Shown here piece by piece: positions 9,676 to 17,234 of a DNA stretch of 64,000 bases. Under the pieces are notes generated by a model, which ran no database searches, had not been told where the DNA came from, and saw only the letters and a list, made by a program, of their open reading frames with translations. The stretch's first letter is position 1; every line of letters begins with the position of its first letter. This DNA is from a virus: positions 49,678-113,677 of the IMG/VR virus record IMGVR_UViG_3300024239_000016. One strand, written 5' to 3'. A program made the position numbers and the translations under genes.

Positions 9676-10056
9676 ATGAACAACCGACGCATTCGTCTCA
9701 AATCAATTCGCGCGAAGCTTTATAAAGAGAACTGTATTATTCCGACCATAATCAGGAATGGTAAAGTCCTACGCAGAGCTCAACTGCGTTACGCCTACAT
9801 CGAAAGCCGCCCACGTAAAAACAATAAATCAAAACACAAATACGATACCTTTGCACATATCACATGCCCAAGTTGCGATGGCTTTGCTAGTCAGTACCGC
9901 TATGCCGAAACCGAAGAAGAACAAGCATATGAAGAAAAACAAATGTTGAAGCGCGGAGGCATTTTTCCGTATGCTGACATGTACGCATGTCGTGCAAAAA
10001 TCGGCAATGGTGTATGTAGTAGCGGTTATAGCAACAAGCGCTATCGGTTTTCTTAG
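9676..10056 (+). CDS. basic hypothetical protein with Cys motifs
   Basis: GGGAG RBS; CPSC and C-terminal Cys residues. Confidence 0.65.
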   Translation: MNNRRIRLKSIRAKLYKENCIIPTIIRNGKVLRRAQLRYAYIESRPRKNNKSKHKYDTFAHITCPSCDGFASQYRYAETEEEQAYEEKQMLKRGGIFPYADMYACRAKIGNGVCSSGYSNKRYRFS

Positions 10057-10102
10057 TGATTTAATTCGCAGCACATTTATGTGATGTAAAGTAACAAACA
10101 AA

Positions 10103-10821
10103 GGGCACCTGCTAATAAACTATCGGTAGTCAACGTGGCTGGCTATTAGAAATAATACCACGCTGCGATGGCGTAACGATAGAGTCGAAAGAAGCATAAA
10201 ACATCTATTCATTTTGGCACGCGTAAAACCTTAAAAAGATAGATGGGTGAATCTGTTCAAAGTCGGCGAATGCTGCGTCCGTTAGGACACGCTAACGCCG
10301 AGCCAAAACAAGTTGTCCTATTCAGCCTAACCTACCTTTAGTCGGATGTACTTGACCGGTAGTATGGCGGGGATGTAAATGCTAGTTCAGGTAAAACACT
10401 ACGGTGTAACTAGAATCTCGGGAGAGATCTAAAGACAGGCATTCTTGTGAGGTGTAGAGAGATGATGGACAGGACCTAAGTCTGCTGGCGATGATGTTTG
10501 TCGTTAAAACGAAGTTAACTCGATAGTGATATGGATAAATTGCCTATCATGATGACCGTGTTAGCGTAAGGAAGCAGATATGGTAAAGGCGATCTCCGGA
10601 CTACAACAATAGATGGACATGACGCGTGCGTTGCGAGACAGCACAAATCACATACATCTCTGATCGTCGTAAGACGATGTAGTGAGTTTCCTTAAACTAA
10701 AAGTGCATCCCAGTGCTGGCCTTATTAGCATTGCGTAGCCTGACAGCGTAACAGGTTAATTCTAGTTAAAGAAGAAAGTGCTCATGGATTAATACTAGGT
10801 AATCGCATCCATGACAGATGT
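10103..10821 (+). ncRNA. large ncRNA containing a group I intron catalytic core (copy 1; core about 10202-10686)
   Basis: P3 TCTGTTC(10252-58)/GGACAGG(10467-73); P4 TCGGCG/CGCCGA; P6 GCC/GGT; P7 G-A-GAGAT(10459-63)/ATCTC-C(10592-97); P9 ACTACA/TGTAGT; candidate omega-G at 10686. Confidence 0.75.
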
Positions 10822-10906
10822 GCCCAGGTGGCGAAATTGGTAGACGCACCAGATTTAGGTTCTGGCGCCTTCGGGTGTAGGGGTTCGATTCCCCTCTTGG
10901 GCACCA
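10822..10906 (+). tRNA. tRNA-Leu(TAG)
   Basis: cloverleaf; CCAGA-TTTAGGT-TCTGG anticodon arm, variable arm, GTTCGA, CCA end. Confidence 0.95.
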
Positions 10907-10908
10907 AA

Positions 10909-10996
10909 GGAGATATGGCTGAGTGACTTAAGGTACTCCCCTGCTAAGGGAGCGTACAGAAATGTATCGTTGGCTCGAATCCAACTATCTCCGCCA
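10909..10996 (+). tRNA. tRNA-Ser(GCT)
   Basis: GGAGATA/TATCTCC acceptor, CTGCTAA loop, long variable arm, GCCA end; atypical T loop CTCGAAT. Confidence 0.9.
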
Positions 10997-11019
10997 AGAA
11001 TTCAATAGTTGTTTTCATT

Positions 11020-11544
11020 GTGAGGGATCGAATGAAAAATCGTGTCAGTAAATACTTGACTAAGAAGTGCGCTCTGGAACTGCGTATCGTAATTGAGAAT
11101 TTCAATTACGATAAAATCACCGATGTTCAGCACATGACCGGTGTGACCGGTAGGCTTTGGCAAGCAGTTGGCTCGGAATTTGATGCACTCCAGTTAATTT
11201 TAATTGATTTTGAGCTGCTCCCAGATAACAAAACCGAAGCTACCTGCTATATTTTCGTGAGTATCGGCTACAATCCATCTGATGCTCTGCCCGCGTTACA
11301 TCAGCTCCAGTTGTTTATTGACAAATACTCAGCGCGACTTGCCGATACAGACGTAACTCCCGCTAAGCTTCGTATGGATGGGGTATCAAAAGCATTTCGC
11401 TTACAAGCATCAAAGCGCGCCGAATTTTTAGGTGATAAACTTGACGCCTCTATTTTCTTCAATCCTTTGCGTAAGAAAGTGTTGCGTGTCATTGCGGATG
11501 TGCACGAAAACTGCACAGGAACTCTGTGCATTGAGCTAAAGTAA
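11020..11544 (+). CDS. hypothetical protein
   Basis: 174 aa ORF between tRNAs; start may be ATG 11032. Confidence 0.65.
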   Translation: MRDRMKNRVSKYLTKKCALELRIVIENFNYDKITDVQHMTGVTGRLWQAVGSEFDALQLILIDFELLPDNKTEATCYIFVSIGYNPSDALPALHQLQLFIDKYSARLADTDVTPAKLRMDGVSKAFRLQASKRAEFLGDKLDASIFFNPLRKKVLRVIADVHENCTGTLCIELK

Positions 11545-11549
11545 AGACC

Positions 11550-11623
11550 GCCCCCGTAGCATGAAGGTCGTGCAGTTGATTTGTAATCATCAGGTGACAG
11601 TTCGATTCTGTCCGGGAGCACCA
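11550..11623 (+). tRNA. tRNA-Thr(TGT)
   Basis: TTTGTAA anticodon loop, GTTCGATT T loop, ACCA end; mismatches in acceptor and anticodon stems. Confidence 0.85.
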
Positions 11624-11651
11624 ATTTAAAATTTCAATCAGGAGAATTACC

Positions 11652-11840
11652 ATGTGGCCAGATCCAGCATGGTACTTCGATGATTTAAGTATTTTCAAAT
11701 ACTGGGTAGATCAATTCTATTCGATGGCTTGCAAACTCCGCTCCATCTTTAGCTGGCAGGCTGAAGAGGACCCATCCGTTACTGCCATGACGGAAGACGG
11801 TAGCAAGCTCGATTGGAAATTACCGCCCCTTCGGGGGTAA
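11652..11840 (+). CDS. small Trp/Asp-rich hypothetical protein
   Basis: AGGAG RBS; 62 aa. Confidence 0.55.
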   Translation: MWPDPAWYFDDLSIFKYWVDQFYSMACKLRSIFSWQAEEDPSVTAMTEDGSKLDWKLPPLRG

Positions 11841-11859
11841 TCATCAGAGTACCACACAA

Positions 11860-12110
11860 ACCGGAACCAGTTCCTGTACCGGTAGCTTTAAGCTCAATAG
11901 CCTCGTAGGAGGGTGAGGGATAGTTAATGGGCGCTATATCGACTTTGTCGTGATACCCATGAAATCGGTTAGCAGAGCCGATGGGCGACTTCTGTTAGTA
12001 TCAAGCGTTGAGGCTATGTTCAGGATTGTATTTGGGCATTCGACCATCTGTTTTAGATGTCTGGTTCGACTCCAGTAATGATACGATCTAGGGATCCCTT
12101 GGGTCCCTAT
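11860..12110 (+). ncRNA. putative structured ncRNA with tRNA-like T-arm
   Basis: ORF-free; ATAGCCTC/GAGGCTAT enclosing stem; CTGG-TTCGACT-CCAG T-arm; terminal hairpin. Confidence 0.4.
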
Positions 12111-12157
12111 TCTAAAGTGATTTATTTTACAATTATTTTAGAATAGTAAACTTTAAT

Positions 12158-12242
12158 CCGCGGGTGGCGAAATTGGTAGACGCATGAGACTTAAAATCTC
12201 ACACCGAAAGGTATATGGGTTCGACTCCCATACCGCGGACCA
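12158..12242 (+). tRNA. tRNA-Leu(TAA)
   Basis: TGAGA-CTTAAAA-TCTCA anticodon arm, GTTCGAC, ACCA end. Confidence 0.92.
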
Positions 12243-12273
12243 TATCTTCTTAATCAACGAAAGAAAGAAAATT

Positions 12274-12621
12274 ATGTCACGTAAAGAACATAAAGGTCAA
12301 AAATTCGATCTTGCTTACGGCGTAGATCGCTATAGTGGGGCTTTCGTTCAGCTCTTCCAATCTCCGATGGACGATCAAGATGGCGCTTTCCTCAACGTGG
12401 ATTCCCACGGAGTGCGTCTCGATGAAGATCATCCCGAACTGCCCACTGAGCTCACCAAAGTGATCTCGGGGCTGAAATTGGCTTTCTGCCGTTATAAGGA
12501 AGCTCACAACGATAATCCGAATCTCTCGGTCGATCATGTGCTGCATGTTGCCCGCGCAGCTGATCAATTCGATACCTTCTCGGAAAAAGAAGTGTATCAG
12601 GTCTTTGGCGATAACGCTTGA
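12274..12621 (+). CDS. hypothetical protein
   Basis: ATG at 12274; the longer ORF call overlaps the tRNA. Confidence 0.65.
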   Translation: MSRKEHKGQKFDLAYGVDRYSGAFVQLFQSPMDDQDGAFLNVDSHGVRLDEDHPELPTELTKVISGLKLAFCRYKEAHNDNPNLSVDHVLHVARAADQFDTFSEKEVYQVFGDNA

Positions 12622-12632
12622 AAAAAAAAAAG

Positions 12633-13200
12633 CATGTGCTCGCTATTGTCTGAATAGTAAAGAAAGCACGGACTTACTGAGTCCGATAGTGAGGCAGTCC
12701 TGCATTGTCGTCAGATCAAGGCCTATTCATGATAGGTACAGTTTGACATCAGACTCTGGCAGTTAGGCTGATCAGAAGTGGAGCCGTGATAGTTCCGGAT
12801 TTCGCAAAACCCTCAGATTACTTCTGTGGTCAGATGCGAGAGATGATGGAGTACCAGTGTCGAAGAGTGTGCGAGGGTGAACCTAGCGCTCTTAAACGGT
12901 CGACTAAATCAGAACTGATATTTGGCTATCGGCGATGAGGATTGGTTTAGAATCATGCCAATGTTCGAAATCCAAGTTCAAGGAGTTTATTGGGTAGTGA
13001 TGAGAGAACTATCCTAGATACGTTTTCTCATCACTAGAACAGACGACATCCAGGCGAAACTGGGTTAAGTGAACTAGACCCACCAATCCATAGCACATAG
13101 GTGAATACGCACTCCCTTAGGTCTAGAGTGTCAGTAGTTCGCGCGGACTACCTCGACAGCATCGCCCTTGCAAAGCGGTGCTGTCCTGGAAGTGCGCATG
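12633..13200 (+). ncRNA. large multistem ncRNA of about 570 nt (ROOL/GOLLD-like candidate)
   Basis: closing stem CATGTGC/GCGCATG, long-range TGTCGTC/GACGACA, many internal hairpins; ends 7 nt before tRNA-Pro. Confidence 0.6.
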
Positions 13201-13207
13201 AAATTGT

Positions 13208-13284
13208 CCGTTCGTAGCGCAGCCTGGTAGCGCATCTGTTTTGGGAACAGAGGGTCGCAAGTTCGAATTTTGCCGGGCGGACCA
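13208..13284 (+). tRNA. tRNA-Pro(TGG)
   Basis: TCTGT-TTTGGGA-ACAGA anticodon arm, GTTCGAAT, ACCA end. Confidence 0.93.
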
Positions 13285-13308
13285 TTCTTATTTTACCAAG
13301 AGGTAATC

Positions 13309-13551
13309 ATGCAATCAAACCATAAAAAAGATGGCGTTGAAGCAATAAAAGAGCTGATCAAAGAAGTATGGAATACGCTCAAACGGCTTATCGAAGACTG
13401 TTTCATTAAACTGATGCAAAAGCACATCAGGTGCTCTAGCAAAAAGAATTGGGTAGCGCGCAGCTCAAGTATTTTTTCTTTGGGCGACCGCAAATTACTT
13501 GGCATCAGGCGACATACCCCTGATCGTTGGCTAGGTTATATTCGGAATTAG
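13309..13551 (+). CDS. small basic hypothetical protein
   Basis: GAGGT RBS before ATG 13309. Confidence 0.55.
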   Translation: MQSNHKKDGVEAIKELIKEVWNTLKRLIEDCFIKLMQKHIRCSSKKNWVARSSSIFSLGDRKLLGIRRHTPDRWLGYIRN

Positions 13552-13572
13552 TAACATTGGGAGCGGTGTAAC

Positions 13573-13998
13573 ATGAATCTTCATTTCACATCCCCTAGCG
13601 TTGGGAGCGATGTATGGATTGTCAAGGAGGATAAAATCCTTGGCACTGGCGCTGTAGTGGGATTTGATGGACAAGATCGACTGAGTGTGATGTTAAAAGA
13701 CGCTGCAGCGAACGATCTACTTCCTCTGACTACCGATGACTTAAAAAGCATTGGTTATGGTTATTTATTTATCGGCTATGATGCGAATACGTGCGATTTA
13801 CATCGTAATCAGGCAATAGTCGATCTTATCAAAGATGACAGCCCTCTAATTGGCACTTCCATTGTTGATAAATTTAAACTCCGCTATGGTCTTGTTAACG
13901 ACCGTTTCAAAAATGTCCCTGGTTATCGCGAAGCGTGCATCATGGAAGTCGGCCAGTCATTGACTGAACTACCCCAGAGGTCCTGTGATGGTGCGTAG
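13573..13998 (+). CDS. hypothetical protein
   Basis: GGGAG RBS; 141 aa. Confidence 0.65.
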   Translation: MNLHFTSPSVGSDVWIVKEDKILGTGAVVGFDGQDRLSVMLKDAAANDLLPLTTDDLKSIGYGYLFIGYDANTCDLHRNQAIVDLIKDDSPLIGTSIVDKFKLRYGLVNDRFKNVPGYREACIMEVGQSLTELPQRSCDGA

Positions 13999-14542
13999 AA
14001 TATTTCAGAGCAGGGATTTACCGTGGCGTCAGCGTGTTACAATTGTTGTTGTCAACGATAACGGGAATGTCCTCATCGCTAATCAGCCCCCGTTACCGCC
14101 TTATAACGAAAAAATGCTGACCCTACCTGGAGGCGGCATTGAGCCAGGACAGACTCCAGAAGAGGCAGTAGCAGCTGAGCTTCTTGAAGAGGTTGGCGTC
14201 AAAGTAAGCGGCATTCAGGTACTTGACTGTCATACATTCGAAGAGCCGTTTACCGTGCTAAAGCCAGGAGAAGGTACCCCAGTTCAAATCGAGCGTCGCA
14301 AGTTGTTTAAAGGCGTACAATCTGTTGCTTATTTTGCCAAGTTCGAACGCACCATCAATGGTGGTAAAGGCACTGGCAATGATGCAATGGAATGGGAATG
14401 GTATCCGTTCCATAGGGCTACTGGAATAATGCTCGCTCAGCGTGCCCTGGCAATTAAAACTGGAAGAAATGGAAAGCTCCATATGTTCATGGCAGACGCG
14501 ATCAGGGTCGCTAAAGACCATTTTTATAAAATAGAAAGCTAA
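13988..14542 (+). CDS. Nudix hydrolase
   Basis: Nudix box LPGGGIEPGQTPEEAVAAELLEEVGV. Confidence 0.85.
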   Translation: MVRRIFQSRDLPWRQRVTIVVVNDNGNVLIANQPPLPPYNEKMLTLPGGGIEPGQTPEEAVAAELLEEVGVKVSGIQVLDCHTFEEPFTVLKPGEGTPVQIERRKLFKGVQSVAYFAKFERTINGGKGTGNDAMEWEWYPFHRATGIMLAQRALAIKTGRNGKLHMFMADAIRVAKDHFYKIES

Positions 14543-14559
14543 ACTGCTCGCTAGTATGA

Positions 14560-15560
14560 GCGGGTGAAGCTTCAATTAGGGCATTACCGAAAAATACGCT
14601 GGTAGTAGTGAAGAGATTCTTGTATCGATGACAGATAGCTGTCGGTATTTCCGTGTCATGGCGGATAGATCAGCGAGTACTTTACACGGAACAGCGTAAC
14701 CGAAAGGCGGTAAAACAACACCATGAAAGCGGACATCCGCGCGCACATGTGTAGTACCGGTCATACAGACCGGAACGAGCTACTCTGACGCGATGGAAAA
14801 AATGGGCTGCCATAGTGGAGAACTCTTAGTAGTGTTTAGGATAGCTGTGAGACAATGAAGCTCAGTCGCCAGGTTGAGTGGAGTCATCCTTGAAATAGCA
14901 GCCATAAACGGAGTTCAGTTGAATGCAGTGTGATGAATCGTACGCCGCGTGGCCAGGCGATGAAATCACATTCCTCGGAAAGTCGGCGAATGTTTGATGT
15001 GTAAGGCCGTTGGGTCTCCGTGAGAGCGGAGACTGGAACAAGGTGAAACGGCGTTGAGTCGTCAGTGCTAAACTAACGAACAACGAGGCTGGGTCGAAAG
15101 ATGCCGCTTACTGGATGTTCGAATCGTCCCACAATACTAACGCCGAGCCAAGTCTGTGTGATCCGTAATGGGAAAATCGCCTCTGTAAAAAAGTCCAGTG
15201 TGCGAGGATGCTGTTGCGAACTATCAGAAAGGTGTAGAGAGTAGACCCGAGGGACCTAAAACAATTTGTCGATAATAGCTATTGGATCACTTCATCGCGC
15301 GCCGCGGGGTGTTGGTCTAGTAACAGGTAGCTTAGATGGGTTGTCATGGTAGAGGCGTATTCCAGACCACAAACAAAATCAGGGCTCCTAAAGAAAGAGT
15401 AACGCCTGTTTCTGGTAGTGAAAACTATAGTGGTAGGCTTCCTAAGCCTGTATCTCCTGTTCTAGACATAGGGGATGGTTTCTTCAATAGAAGCAGTACC
15501 ACGAGATAATATCGGTATTCTTAGATACTATCGTAAAACTCGTGCACAAAGAGTTCAGTA
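14560..15560 (+). ncRNA. large ncRNA containing a group I intron catalytic core (copy 2; core about 14928-15436)
   Basis: P3 TCCTCGG(14972-78)/CCGAGGG(15247-53); P4 TCGGCG/CGCCGA; P7 G-A-GAGTA(15239-43)/TATTC-C(15358-63); P9 ACCAC/GTGGT with GGTAG-TGAAAA-CTAT hairpin; candidate omega-G at 15436. Confidence 0.75.
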
Positions 15561-15648
15561 GGGGGTTTGGCAGAGCGGTCGATTGCACTGGTCTTGAAAA
15601 CCAGCGATGGGAAACCATCCGTGAGTTCGAATCTCACAGCCCCCGCCA
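15561..15648 (+). tRNA. tRNA-Ser(TGA)
   Basis: CTGGT-CTTGAAA-ACCAG anticodon arm, long variable arm, GCCA end. Confidence 0.95.
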
Positions 15649-15658
15649 ACAAAGGAGA

Positions 15659-16119
15659 TCTGATTGCGAAGTCTTGGTCGTAAAGTTTTAATTCTTACGG
15701 CCTCGTGTCTTTTGGCAGCTACGTTTCCTCTTATCGTTTTTGGATTAAGCAACAAAGCTCAATCTGTCGTATGCTTACCGTCCCAGTTAGTAGGACTGGA
15801 TAACAGTAGTTCAGTACGGAAAGCAGATAGCTGGTTAAGTGATGTTGATGAACAATCGGCACGCCTTGCCGATCCGCAGCGCCCTATCAGCGCATATAAC
15901 CCAAATCGCCTAAGAGCTAATGCAAGACATGGTAAGGGACCATGAGTCTGCACCCAAACTACACCAGGTCACGTGTAAACACTCACAAACAAATACCACT
16001 CGTGTGGTAGAGCGTTAGAAGCTAAAGCTATGGTAGCCGAAGATGATTGTGGATCGTACATCGAACATAATTCCTGATCAGAGTTACGATCGATAAGATG
16101 CGACCATTGAAGACTCAGA
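15659..16119 (+). ncRNA. putative structured ncRNA of about 460 nt
   Basis: nested long-range stems AGTCTT/AAGACT, GGTCGTA/TGCGACC and TCTTATCG/CGATAAGA, plus internal hairpins. Confidence 0.55.
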
Positions 16120-16298
16120 GCCAACCAACGATTACGCTATAAAGAAGCAAAGGATTTATCCGAGCGCACTGTGTCGCATTAAAGGTGGATCCGACAGTTT
16201 CAATTGCAGACTGAGAAAGCTCTCAGTCTGCAATCCAGTTTGTATCTTACCGTGTACCAACTGGATTGCACGACTGTGTAAAAGTTAGATAGAGATAA

Positions 16299-16508
16299 AT
16301 GCCAAAATTTACTTTACATCAGTATAAATTAGTCAATTGCTCTTTAGCTAAAGCTCTTGGCGACAACAGCGCTAAAACCGTAATTGACCTTGCAAGAGGT
16401 CGAGTGTGCCCAATTTGCCATAATTATAAAAATGGCGGATGCGCGGCTTCTCGTAAATTGTTGGAGTTAAGAATGAACAAAAAAATTAACGACGAGATCC
16501 CACTGTAG
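16299..16508 (+). CDS. small protein with CPIC motif
   Basis: 69 aa ORF; purine-rich upstream sequence. Confidence 0.5.
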   Translation: MPKFTLHQYKLVNCSLAKALGDNSAKTVIDLARGRVCPICHNYKNGGCAASRKLLELRMNKKINDEIPL

Positions 16509-16564
16509 CGTTCAGCGAGAATGCCAAAAGATAGTCTTTTGGACGCTGAGCGCGGGAGAGAATC

Positions 16565-16819
16565 TTGTCCAGATCACTGCGTGTGTATAAAACCAAAGTT
16601 AAGAAATTGGCTAGGTTAAAAAGGATTACTGCCAAGAGTTACGCTGCCATCGGTTTTGTAAAGGTAAACGTTCTGTTACAGACTCCTAAAATCTGTAGTT
16701 GTCATATGTGCGGCAATGCAAGAAAGCACTATAGGCGCCGCACGCTTAAAGAAGAGCGCGACCTTGTTGATTACAAGGAGCAGCTTAAGAGCCTTTCGTT
16801 GATCCCTTCCTACAGGTAG
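16565..16819 (+). CDS. small basic Zn-finger-like protein (CSCHMCGN)
   Basis: GGGAG RBS, TTG start; CSCxxCGN motif seen in small phage proteins. Confidence 0.6.
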   Translation: MSRSLRVYKTKVKKLARLKRITAKSYAAIGFVKVNVLLQTPKICSCHMCGNARKHYRRRTLKEERDLVDYKEQLKSLSLIPSYR

Positions 16820-16824
16820 ACTAA

Positions 16825-17170
16825 CTTGGGTGATTGTAGGAGTAGCCCAAAAATAAGCCGTAACAAGCTGGGAAGAAAACCCAGTACCATTTTAGCGAAT
16901 GGTGAGGAGTGTTACGGAGCCATGATGAGTTATTTTAACCAACGACCAATCAGGATTCTCGAATCTAAATGCGACATATGGCCTTAGTGACATCATAGCG
17001 GCTGACCACTCGGCAATATATGGCTGGCCGGCCCGGTCCCTGGCGCGATCCGCGAGTGCTCGCGGATATCCGCCGCTGCCGACTTGTTGCAAATAGATGG
17101 ATCCAGATGTAACTCAATATTGGTGTACCGCAGCACGCCCCTAGGGGCGTGCTGTAGTTAATTTATTTTT
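16825..17170 (+). ncRNA. putative structured ncRNA ending in a terminator
   Basis: CCGTAACA/TGTTACGG multiway junction, GC-rich hairpins, terminator stem 17130-17155. Confidence 0.45.
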
Positions 17171-17234
17171 TATTTATTTTAGAAAATTCTTTTATTAATT
17201 TTTAATAAAAGAATCTTTTATAAGGAACAAAATC

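Noticed and set aside
11301-11698. Minus-strand ORFs over tRNA-Thr, and similar ones at 15555-15755 plus the 5' extensions at 12184 and 13270
   Set aside because: They overlap tRNA genes and are typical spurious translations.
12031-12085. tmRNA tRNA-like domain (..ATTCGAC plus T-arm)
   Set aside because: No GGGG/CCACCA alanine acceptor or tag reading frame; kept only as a tRNA-like element.
12691-13110. RNase P RNA-like words (GAGGCAGTCC, CCTAGATA)
   Set aside because: The universal GAGGAAAGTCC and ACAGAA..GGCTTA P4 elements are absent.
14576-15083. Minus-strand ORFs as possible homing endonuclease or exons of ribozyme 2
   Set aside because: Short, with no RBS and no HNH, GIY-YIG or LAGLIDADG motif.
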